NCBI GenBank assembly: GCA_051362555.1 | Contig: CM120640.1 | Span: 682,001-746,000, forward strand | Length of the DNA stretch: 64,000 bases | Direction of reading: 5' to 3' | Source: Lingula anatina | Lineage: Eukaryota; Animalia; Brachiopoda | In this document: one piece after another, positions 1 to 10,937 of the stretch | Layout: every line of letters begins with the position of its first letter | How positions within the stretch are numbered: position 1 is the first letter of the stretch | The notes under the pieces: model-generated | What the model saw: the letters and a program-made list of their open reading frames with translations, nothing else | What the model was told of the DNA's origin: nothing | Databases searched by the model: none | Program-made: the position numbers and the translations under genes

Positions 1-1
1 A

Positions 2-3000
2 AGTTGCAACGTGAAAAAAGAGTTATCAGATATGAAAATAACACTTCAGCTTGAAGCTGGAAGTTATTGGCTGACTCGCATTTTCTTCTTGAGATTCCTG
101 GGCTTTATTTATGGTAAGTCAAAGACACTGACAGGTGCGTGGTACTTTAATTAGTCTGATTAATTTCTCCTAAAGAGGTTGGTGTCGTAATTTATTTGTA
201 TTTGCACATGCCTTTTTATGACTTTATAGCCTATATTTCACCGATTACTGAAGTTTTCTTCATCTACATTGTACATTACCTTACATTACTAAGCAACAAT
301 TTTATTATGACAGATTAATATTTAATAATTGACTTGATTTAGATTAAGTCCAGACTTATTTTGTGTTCTGACTTTTTTATTCTCTGTGTTGTAGGAAATA
401 TGTCACCATAATTATCAGTGTTATGCACAAGTCATATCAGCCTTATTTTTAAAAAAAATTCTACTGGTACTTACCAATAAATTAATTTATATATTTATTT
501 CAGCTGTGGCTTTTTTAGTTGGATATCATCAAAACATTCAACTAATTGGCCAGAAAGGACTTCTTCCTGCAGCAAACCACCTGAAGAAGATATGGTCTCA
601 CACAGGAGGGTCTCTGTTCCAGTCCCTGAACTACGCCCCCACTCTGCTGTGGTTTGTGAACTATGAGGATCACATGGACCTGTATCTGACTGCTATATCC
701 CTGTGTGGACTGATGTTATCTCTACTGCTGGTTGTACTGGGCTCAGCCAACATGCTGATGATGTCTGTACTCTGGGTGCTCTATCACTCCCTGGTCAATG
801 TGGGCCAGAGATGGTCAGTATAAACAACACTGAGGGTGATATAGGGGGTTCTCTTTCTCTGACAGTTCATTCTTATTTATTACCGTTGCTGAAGAGTTGA
901 AGAAGTTATACCAGTAAATAGATTAACTTATTGTTTGTTGTGATCTTGTATCACAAGGTGAGAAGTAAAAAAAAAAATGAAATGATAGAAATATACATGT
1001 TTAGGAAAACCTGAAGAAGTTAAATTATGAAGTTAAATCATTGTATGAATTTTATTTTGGAGTTGAGAGTCTAACTAAGATATCTCCTCCTCTTTTCTCT
1101 TCAGGTATTCCTTTGGTAAGTGAAACAAGTAAATTATATTTTTAATAAAAGCAGATATCAGATAAAGAGCAAGTTATCAGATATATATATATGTTTTCCT
1201 CAATGTTAATGAGTTGTAATGGGAATTATACAAAAAGTAAACTATTTAGTTTTGTTGCAGTATAAAAACTGTATATAAGTCAAAAACCTATTTGGAAAGA
1301 TTTTGAGGGGAATATTTTCAAAATTTCATTTATTAAACTGTAATTCAACTTTCTTTTTGCCAATGTTACATGATGAAATTTTCAGGATGGGAATCTCAGC
1401 TCCTGGAGAGTGGGTTCCTGGCAATATTTTTCTGTCCTCTTCTCTCCTTGCGTCCTGTGCCCAGAAAAACTCCGCCATCTTGGGCAGTCATCTGGGGCTA
1501 CAGGTGGCTCATCTTCAGGATAATGCTTGGGGCAGTAAGTTACATGTAGAGATAATACACTATCACCTGATCAATATATGCCAAAATACTTCAAGATCCT
1601 TTAAGAGATGTTCCAGTCATATATTTTGCAAGAGGATGGCAATCAATTTCTTACATACATACTCGTAATCCACTGAAAACACCCCAAAAAAACAAAACAA
1701 AAAAATTTTTGTTGACATAGTCACATAACATCTCTTGGTATTTATGTTAGTGATCTTCTGTTTAGGAAAAAAAGCCTAAAAAGCCTAATTGTTTTCAAAG
1801 TTAAATTTTTTTTCAAAGATAGTATCAAATATGTTTTTGTTATTTAAAGAATTTTGAAATATATATTGAATATTTGCAAAAAAGTTGCATATTTTCTTCC
1901 TGTTTCAGGGTCTTATCAAAATCCGAGGAGACCAGTGTTGGAGAGATTTGACTTGTATGAATTATCACTATGAGGTAATGGACATGTTATATCTGTGACA
2001 TAATGAAGTTGCGTGAAGTTAAAAATATTGTTGTAATAGTTTCATTGGAGCTGGCTCATATAAATATAATGTAATTATGTATTAGGCAGAAGTTCTAAGC
2101 ATTACTTGCAATTATTGATATTGATATAACACCTTTGTTCTAAGCCAGCCACACATACCCCCCCCCCACACACACACATTATACCTAATAAAACTTGCAA
2201 TATTTTTATTTAATATATTAAATTTATTTATATTCCTATTGCAGACACAACCAGTGCCTAATCCAATCAGCTATTACTTGCATCAATCTCCAGAAGTATT
2301 CCATAAGTTTGAAACTCTGTCCAATCACTTCATAGAACTGGTGGCTCCACCTCTTGTTTTGTTGCCTGGCAACTATTGGCTGTTCAGAAGGCTCAGGCTA
2401 ATTGGAGGATTTTTGCAAGTTTTATTTCAGGTATCACTCATAGTTATGATGGCAGTGCTAAGACAATTTAATTTTTTTTGAACATTGCTAAATACAATCT
2501 AATTCACCTGTTTTTGGAAATTAAATTTGGAAATGGCATACACGTATGTTCATGCTCACAAGCACCAAGCATACACACGTTTTAACAAAATTAAGTTCAA
2601 ATAGCATGTAGTTTTCTTTTAACTTTTACCTCTGTTTTTATTTAGTACGAAATGTCATTGTAGGTGATCCTAATCATCAGTGGAAATTTAAGCTTCTTGA
2701 ACTGGCTGACTATACTTCCCAGCATCTGCTGTTTTGATGATGCAAGCTTGTCTTGGATGTTTTCCAATAAAAGGAACTCTGTGAAGTGGCAAGTGTGGCA
2801 GATACAACAGGAAGAGCAAACTGGAAACAAACCAAGGGAATCGAGAAGTACGATGGGGCCTTATGCGCAGCTTAGATGAGAAATTGAACTAATTTCCTAA
2901 ACAATGAAATATTTACAGAATAAATTCAGCAAAACAGTCTTTTTTCTTTCCATTTTATGATATTTCTTTAGGTACAGTAGTTATTATCACAGATGTTTGC

Positions 3001-5403
3001 CAAACAATTTCCTAAACAATGAAATATTGACAGAATAAATTCAGCAAAACAGTCTTTTTTCTTTCCATTTTATGATATTTCTTTAGGTACAGTAGTTATT
3101 ATAACAGATGTTTGCCAAATATTCATACTGTTTTTAAAACTTGCATGTATTTATGTGTGTATAATGTTTTCAGCCCAGTACATCAGGAAAATGATGAATG
3201 TAACGCTGGCAATACTTCTGGCCTATCTCAGCGTTCCTGTGGTCCAGAATCTTCTCTCGTCAAGACAAGCCATGAATACTTCATTTGAACCTTTGAGAAT
3301 ACTGAACACCTATGGTGCATTTGGAAGGTATGGTTATCTGGACAAAAAAAATAAAAAAAAAAGAATTATCATGTTTTTTTGTAGCAAACTATTTTAAGTG
3401 AAATGCAGATATGTTTCTATAGTCATTTAAAGTCATAATAACTCTTCGTTTTGGCCAAAAATTGGATTTTCCTGGAAAAAACGGCAATTTTCCTGTACTT
3501 ACCAATGGTCAACGACCCCATTCCTGCATTCAAAGTTACAGTAATCCAGGGTTTTTTTCCTAAACGTACGTTTTTTTGTTAAAATCTCTTAAGAGATTTT
3601 AACTGACGGAGCTCTCTCTGACATTGCAAAGTCACTGGTGACCTACTTAAAACCGCGGGAAAAGCAGACAACAACAACACTATATAAGATTCAAGAGATA
3701 TATTCGTCTTTTTGTTTAAAATGCATTTATATCCACAATGTGTGCCATTCTGGGCGTTTCGTTATCCGACGCACTGTACAAAAACTCGCAACTTACGTTT
3801 GCGTCCGCATTAATGCGTTTGGCGCCATGTTATTTTGGTCTCAAATGAACGAGAGAATCCGCGTGACACCATTACGTCATTAGCAACGAATGCCTTGATG
3901 ACTGGGAAGAAAAGCATCGAAAGCCCCATTTACAAGCACAGATTTTAGTTTTACTACAATAACGGCCGTTTTAGTGGTAAAATACAATAGAATATATTTC
4001 CATGTGTTGTTTACAATGTATTTCATGCGGAATTTTGAATCTCAAAGGAAGAGTTATTATTGCTTTAATGACGCGGTTGTATAAAAGTTAAAAACTTATT
4101 AAGAAAATAATTTTGCAAATTGGTTCAGCAGTGAAAAGAGCAATCATTCAAAAGTGATTCTAATGCATTTAAATCTACTTTTCTTTATGTAGCATAACCA
4201 AAGACAGGACAGAGGTGATCATCCAGGGTACATATGATAACCCACAAGATCCAAGCGCTAAGTGGCTGGAGTATGAGTTCAAGTGTAAACCAGGTGATGT
4301 ATACAGGAGGCCATGTTTAATATCTCCATATCACTACAGACTGGACTGGCTTATGTGGTTTGCTGCTTTCCAGGTTGGTTTATATCTCATTGTCAGTAAG
4401 TTTCTTAGAACTCTGAATCTTTTTTTATCAATACATATATCTACTTACTCTGGAAATTTTGTGATTTATACTATTTGTTTATACCATATTGTCAGTGAAA
4501 TATCTCGTTTTATTTACTTTTCTCACTTTTAAAACTCTGCATCCCATTTAGCTTTTGTAAATATATCCCTTTACCTTCTTATTTCTAATAAAATGTTTTT
4601 GTTTCAATCTTTTGGTGAATGCCACAGGTTTCATACAGTCTCCTATTTATAACTCTGAATCTCATTTAACTTTTGAAAATAAATACTGCTTATTTTTGAT
4701 TAAATGTTATAACTTTGTAAATGTTTGTGTTTTAATCTGTTTTTCCTCCTTTCAGAACTATCAACATAACCCATGGTTGGTACACTTGGCAGCCCAGCTT
4801 CTGGTGAATGATGAGGGAGCTTCCTCACTTATTGCACACAACCCCTTTCTGGGCAAAGCGCCGCCAAAGTAAGCATCATTTTATTTAAGTGGGTGAACTT
4901 GGGAGTATCAAGCATTTGAAAGAAAACATTACTTAAGTTATTCATAACCACATAAATAGTACTTGTGCAATGGCCATTAAAATCAACTAAAAATGAATTT
5001 TTAGGCCCCATTCAGAATAGGGGACTACCTAGTTCGAGGATAAAATATGGCGACCCACTAAAAGCTTGCCGTCTAATCCGCTAGTAGACACTGAATAGAT
5101 ATCCCATGGGGAAGCATGCAAGTGGGTCGGCCATATTTGACCCTTGGACTAGTTAATCCCCTTTTCTGAATGGGGCCTTGGTCGCCATTTTGGTTGATAT
5201 GGACGCTGATCACTTTTATTTTCAGGTTTATTCGTGCAGAACACTACAGGTACAGGTATACAAAACTAGGCAGCAAGGATGCGCTAAGCGGAGCATGGTG
5301 GAAGAGAAAACGTTTTGGCAACTATTTGCCACCCGTGTCTTTGGCAGCACTTAAAGAATTTCTGACAGCTATGGATTGGCCCATCCCACTTTTGAAGGCC
5401 TGA
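2..5403 (+). CDS. LMF1: Lipase maturation factor 1, 11 exons, 5' end truncated by window edge: <2-113, 504-813, 1105-1115, 1386-1534, 1909-1974, 2245-2430, 2664-2847, 3174-3327, 4193-4373, 4756-4868, 5226-5403
   Basis: GT-AG exons join in frame. LMF motifs: YWLTRIFFLR, HQNIQLIGQKGLLP, WYSFGWESQLLE, GLIKIRGDQCWRDLTCMNYHYETQPVPNP, SGNLSFLNWLT, NTYGAFG, EYEFKCKPGD, SPYHYRLDWLMWFAAFQ, FIRAEHYRY. Confidence 0.95.
2891..3118. repeat. Tandem duplication of ~116 bp in LMF1 intron 7
   Basis: AATTTCCTAAACAATGAAATATT...CAGATGTTTGCCAAA occurs twice back to back, nearly identical. Confidence 0.9.
3431..4064. mobile_element. Non-autonomous TIR DNA transposon with TTAA target duplication (Kolobok-like) in LMF1 intron 8
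   Basis: TTAA|AGTCATAATAACTCTTC ... GAAGAGTTATTATTGCT|TTAA; 15/17 TIR match, AG terminus. Confidence 0.75.
5004..5177. mobile_element. MITE (PIF/Harbinger-like) in LMF1 intron 10
   Basis: TIR GGCCCCATTCAGAA/TTCTGAATGGGGCC, flanks TTA/TTG; internal core shared with 26445-26628. Confidence 0.75.
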
Positions 5404-5974
5404 TCCTAACAAGGAGTTCATCCTAACAGCTGTAGAGCCTAGTAATATTTATTTTGAAGTCATTACCAAAAAGAATAAGACCCACACGAACCTTTTTTCA
5501 AGGGGTTTTATTTTTCTCTTTTATTCTGCAGTTTATTTTTGTTATCTGTTGACTGTTTTTACTGTTACAGTATTGTCAGCTTAAAAACTTAGGTTGGCAT
5601 AATTGAAAGATCGCCATTTAATTAATACCAGAGCATTATTTTGAAACTGGTACCAATCTTTCCATCAGCTGTTATCCTAGAAATTATACAGTTTACATAC
5701 CCTTATGTGTCTTCTCATCCATATGTGGTACATTGCATCTGTTGAAAGTGTGGCCTTATAAACGTAAACATTTTGAGTTTAAATTCTTATCATTTCATAT
5801 CATCTGTTGCTTGTCCTCTTGGGTAGGTGTAATGAAAATATTATTTTTAATGTATTATCTGTTATTTTTACATTGTTTGTGTTGTAATTTTCAATGTGCA
5901 TTAAGATGCACTGTAATTAAAATAAAAAATAAAATGACCCTCAACTTTTATTTTTACTTCAACTTGACCACCTT

Positions 5975-6385
5975 TTATGATTCCTTTGTGCAGTTTGTGG
6001 CTAGCTGATAAGTAATCAGGAAGAAAGTTGCATTATTTCTCCAGCGAAATTGGACCAATGGATACATGAATTTTTCATGCCATATAATAAATGCAAATAT
6101 CATCCAAGAGATTTATTAATGATGAAAACCAATTGGCAGCATTGCTTTTTAAGTGGGGTCAGCCATATTTGGTTTGGGGATCATTTAAGTGGTAATTCCT
6201 CTATTTTGAATGCGCTCTCTGATTCCTTTATGCAGTTTATGGCTAGTTGGTAAGTAATCATGAAGTGGGTTGCATTATTTCTGCATCAAAACTGCACCAA
6301 ATGGGTTCATTTACAACCTTAAATGAAGTTTTCATATCATATAAGTTATAACAAATATCATCCATGAGATTTATTAATGACGAAA
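5975..6385. repeat. Diverged direct repeat (~245 bp spacing) between the convergent LMF1 and POLR2M 3' ends
   Basis: TGATTCCTTTRTGCAGTTTRTGGCTAG...GAGATTTATTAATGA at ~5978 and ~6220. Confidence 0.7.
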
Positions 6386-6568
6386 ACAGTCTTCTCAGTC
6401 CTTAAAATAAATTATTCCCTGTGAGCATTATGTAATGAATATGTTTCCACTGTCTATATCTGGCATAGAAAAAACTGGTGAAGATATATGCTGCTTCCCA
6501 TCTCCAGATAAAAAAGTTTACTGTGTAAAGAGTGAAGCTGTCTGCAGTTAGTTTAGCTGCACTGACAA

Positions 6569-8507
6569 TTAATCAGGATAATCTGGTTCATCCCCGCTGT
6601 CATCTGATATAGAGGGAACTTTGGCGTCTCTGCTGTCATCATATCTAAAGATGGGTTAAGGAATAATTTCAGCACAATGAAATGACAACAAAACATTTCG
6701 ACTTTTCCTCCTTTTAACTACAGAGTTTGCATCCCCTTCACCCCCCTCCCCCCCCCCCCCCCCCCAAAAAAAAAAAAAAAAGAATAAATGTATTGAAATA
6801 ATTACATTAATCTGATTCAAAACATCTGACATTACTGATGATATCATAAGTATTATTTCCAAGGATACACCACAGTAGACCGCTCTGGGAGATGAGGTTC
6901 CATTTTGATGTTCAACCTTTGTGCAAGTCTTGCTGCTATATGCTGAACCTGGATTTCCTGTTGAACAGATAATATAAGGTCAAACATGCCACTTACAGAG
7001 TCCACACACACATTGTCAAAAAACATGATGATGCACTATCACTATTGATATCTGACACTTAAAGTAAATGAAAAAAATCCTACCATCAATGATATCTAAC
7101 ACTTCAGTAAATGAAAGAAATCCTGCTGCTCTTTTTGTTCAACATACCAAGGTTTATAACAAAATTGGTGTGGCCAAACATTTTAAAAGAAAATTTTATT
7201 TTCAACAAACCTGTACTCTTTTATTTTGTTCTTCTTGCAATTTGCATGAATCTTCCACTGACAGCATTTTAGCACATTCATATTTAGCCTTGGGAGGAAA
7301 CAATGCAGACTCTTCCTCTGGTGAATATCTTTTTCCTTTACTTTTAATAGCCTTTTCTGTTTTAGTATCTCCTGTTAGATCCGTTTTCTCAGCATTTCTC
7401 ATGACATCCATTTTCTCAGCATTTCTCCTAGAAGTGTCAGTAACTGAGGCACTGTCTAGACTGCCATGCATCGTATCTTTATTCTCTCTGCTTTTGTCAC
7501 AAATATTACCCGTAGAAACACTGCCAGTGTCTTTAGATATATCACAGTTTTGAAGTACATCTACTTTTGGTGCCAACCTGTAATTAGATAAAGAAGAAAA
7601 GATGGGGCCACTTCAACTTGAAATATCTAATATTAACATGGCTTCCTAAAATCAGACATGAATACTGTGAACTCAGTACAAAGTATGTAAATTAAGAGGT
7701 TATATGCATTTCTATTATAAAAATATAAATATGTACACATCATAGCTAAAAACAATGCAATTCTAGTAAATTACCTATGGTACAAAAAACTGTATATATT
7801 TTCATTTACAGTAGTTTCTTACCTGTCATCTGTTTCTTCCTTTCTCTTGTCCGATTTATTTATAATTTTTCTGTAAAATGACACTTGATCCTCGTCATCT
7901 GATTCCAACTGCATCTTCTGAAACAGCGCTGATGTGGTATCCACTTTCTCTTTTTCTTTAATTGCTCTCCTCAGTCTGTCAGCCAAGTCTGAAATCTTTT
8001 TACCTTTGTCAGGAAGTGATGATATTAACTTCCTGTGGAAAAAGAAAGTCACAGAAAAGTTGACAAGACATCATGGAATTAGGAAAAGCAACTGACAATA
8101 CACTTAATTAAAATAAATGGTGTTGACATATACAGTTACAAGTATGAAAAGTAAAAAAAATCCCATACCATACACTCTCCATTAAAACTGCAAAAATAAT
8201 TTAAACTACAAATAATAATTTAAAAAAAACTGAAATTAATAAATTAATTAATGCATGTGACATGAATGGGAGGATATTTCAATCCCTGACTGTAAGACAT
8301 TTTAAACACAATACTAGTACCTGCCACTGTGTTATTAAATATGGAGTCATTGCAGTAATGGCAACCCCAGAACATCTACCACTTCAATAAAACTCACTTG
8401 TTTTGTAAGATTTTGTTTTGTCTGTCCAGTAATTCCTTCAGCTGAGCCATTGGTTTTTGCATCAGGTCTCCTAAATAACCTTGTTTTTCAACATTTCCAT
8501 CAGCCAT
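6569..8507 (-). CDS. POLR2M: RNA polymerase II subunit GRINL1A/Gdown1; coding exons 8507-8398, 8032-7823, 7577-7211, 6957-6869, 6644-6569
   Basis: Exons splice in frame. N-terminal QLKELLDRQNKILQNKKLISSLPDKGKKI and C-terminal LSVEDSCKLQEEQ...AARLAQRLNIKME plus an acidic tail match the two conserved Gdown1 blocks. Confidence 0.9.
6645..6868 (-). other. U12-type (minor spliceosome) GT-AG intron, last intron of POLR2M
   Basis: 5' site GTATCCTT at 6868-6861; branch site TTCCTTAAC at 6663-6655 just upstream of the AG; splicing restores the frame into YDDSRD...DYPD*. Confidence 0.85.
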
Positions 8508-8702
8508 TTCTAAAGCCTAAATAGCAACAGCTTTTGTGATTCACGTTGTGAAAGCTGTCAATGGAAAATGAGATTGTTTTAAATTATCTAAAATCATCTA
8601 TAGCCGACGTGGAAAAACATCAGAAGCCAACACAATCACTTTAACTTTGTTAATGTTACAACTTCAGTTTCAAGTTAAATTGCCCGAGTCTAAAATAAAA
8701 GG

Positions 8703-10687
8703 AAACAAGGCAGCAAAGCTGTCAAATGTACAGACAAAAAGCAGGAAATAACAAAATAGGCTACTGTCAATTCTGATGTAAAAGTACATTATGTTAAACT
8801 GCAAATTCAACATCAAATTTTAATTATGCTCAACAGGTAATACCAATGTAAGTAAAATGTGTAACAAGCATAAGGCTTCAGGCCCATGGGAGTTCACTTT
8901 GAAAATGTAAAACTTCCAGAAAAAGAAGTCAATTAGACTGCTTTTCCAACTCGAGCTGCATTTTAGTCCTGTGTTTCTTTTTTAAAAGTTTGACAATCAT
9001 AAGTAATATGGTTTTCCCATGATGGTCATCATGGCAGCAATACCCAAAATTGTGTTTTCTTCTATTTTGATGCAATATTTCATAATGCTTTACAGCATAA
9101 AGACCATCAGTTTTTAATAATAAAATATACGTATCGTGGATTTTCAGAAAATGTGACTAGCATGGGTCTTCAAGCCCAAGGTGGTTCTAAGTCACACCTT
9201 GAAATTGCCAATGTGTGAAAAATTAAATTTTCACAAAAAACTGATTAACTGCCAGAAAAATTTACCAAATAGACTGCACTGCCTAATGAAACTGTATTTT
9301 AGTCCCATGTTTCTTTCCTGTAAGTTTGAGAACAGTAAGTGACATAGTTTTCCTTAAATGGTCATCAAGGGAGCAGTGTCCAAAATAGGGGTTTCTTCAA
9401 ATTTTGATGCAATATTACATAATGTTTAACAGGATAATAACCATCAATTTTTAATAATAAAATATTAGTATCATGGATATTCAGAAAATGTGACTAGCAA
9501 AGGTCTTCAGGCCCATGGAACTTCAAAGTCACAACTTGAAAATGCCAAAATGTAGACAAGACAGTACTGTCCTGCAATGCATTTTTTTCCATTTTTAACA
9601 ATTTTTTAACATATAACAAAATTAACACTTTACTGCCATTTTTATATGATCAACTAAGAAAGTTGATGAGATGTGAAAAATATCAATAGAACAGTGTCAA
9701 ATGTCCAATTTCCTCCATTCTGAGTTTCTGAACATAATGAATGATTGAATCTTACAAACTGCAATAATATGAGTTTATTTCCATTTTTGACACTTTATTA
9801 CACAATACACGATAACAAGTTTACCATCATTTTTACATAATCAACTAATAATGTTGTAAAGATGCAGGAAATGTCGAACAAACACTTTTACGTATCTTAT
9901 TAATTAAATAATGAGACTGTTAACATGCCTAAGAATTGAATCTGAAGAAATGTGAAAAAACAGCATAACTTATAAAATAATGGCCAAATTATGCTGATTT
10001 TCGAACTTGACCTGCGTTTTAGTAAGATTGATTACTCCTGTGAGTTTCATGACAACAGGCCTATCAGTTTTCTTTGAAATGTGTTAACAGTGTTGCATAT
10101 ATGCTGAAAAGTGAAAAAACAGCATAACTACTAAAATGGTGGCCCAATCATGCCGATTTTTGAACTTGACCTGCGTTTTAGTAAGATTGATTACTCCTGT
10201 GAGTTTCATGACAACAGGCCTATCAGTTTTCTTTGAAATGTGTTAACAGTGTTGCATATATGCTGAAAAGTGAAAAAACAGCATAACTACTAAAATGGTG
10301 GCCCGATCATGCCAATTTTCAAACTTGACCTGCGTTTTAGTAAGATTGATTACTCCTGTGAGTTTCATGACAACAGGCCTATCGGTTTTCTTTGAAATGT
10401 GTTAACAGCGTTGCATATATGCTGAAAAGTGAAAAAACAGCATAAATTCTACAATAATGGCCCGATCATGCTGATTTTCGAACTTGACATGCGTTTTATG
10501 AATATTCATCAGCTCTGTAAATATAAAGCCAAAAAGTAAAACTGTCTTCCACTTATGGTGTTAACGCTGAAAGTGCACGGCGACGGCGACGGCGACATCG
10601 ACGGCGACATGAACGGCGACATGAACGGCGACGACAGACGCAGGTGATGGCAATATGTACAGACACATCTGTGTCTGTACATAAAAA
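8703..10687 (-). mobile_element. Helentron-associated non-autonomous element (HINE/DINE-1-like), full length, upstream of the POLR2M start exon
   Basis: On - strand: T-run, hairpin ATGTACAGACAC-AGAT-GTGTCTGTACAT, (GTCGCC)n microsatellite, ~3.5 x 159-bp tandem units, ~337-bp units, 3' GTCTGTACAT + GACAGCTTTGCTGCC palindrome + TTGTTT. Confidence 0.75.
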
Positions 10688-10915
10688 TCACTCAGCGACA
10701 GTTTGTGTTGTCATTTTTCACACATTGGGCTCTTAAATTTAAGCCCTGTCGACTAAATGAAAACATAAAACAGCCATAAATGAAAATTTCTCGACACTAA
10801 CTTAATCAGCACCTGATTTGTCGTGGAACAGACCGCTAGGTAAGTTGTTTTTATAGCATTCATAAAACTGTCTACTTCAGCAGAGGCAGAATACGAGTAC
10901 GTGTATACAACTAAA

Positions 10916-10937
10916 CCGGAAGTTGATAACCGGAAGT
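10916..10937. promoter_or_regulatory. Tandem ETS/GABP-type motifs, likely POLR2M promoter region
   Basis: Two CCGGAAGT copies (10916-10923, 10930-10937) upstream of POLR2M; assignment to this gene is inference. Confidence 0.4.

Noticed and set aside
6853-6868. POLR2M ending at TAA 6853-6855
   Set aside because: U12 signals and the downstream acidic exon give a better-supported C-terminus; kept only as a possible retention isoform.
7068-7553. 161-aa + strand ORF
   Set aside because: Antisense shadow of POLR2M exon 3.
9950-10500. Regularly spaced repeats as a CRISPR-like array
   Set aside because: Whole 159-bp units repeat with no unique spacers; eukaryotic context, no cas genes; part of a HINE.
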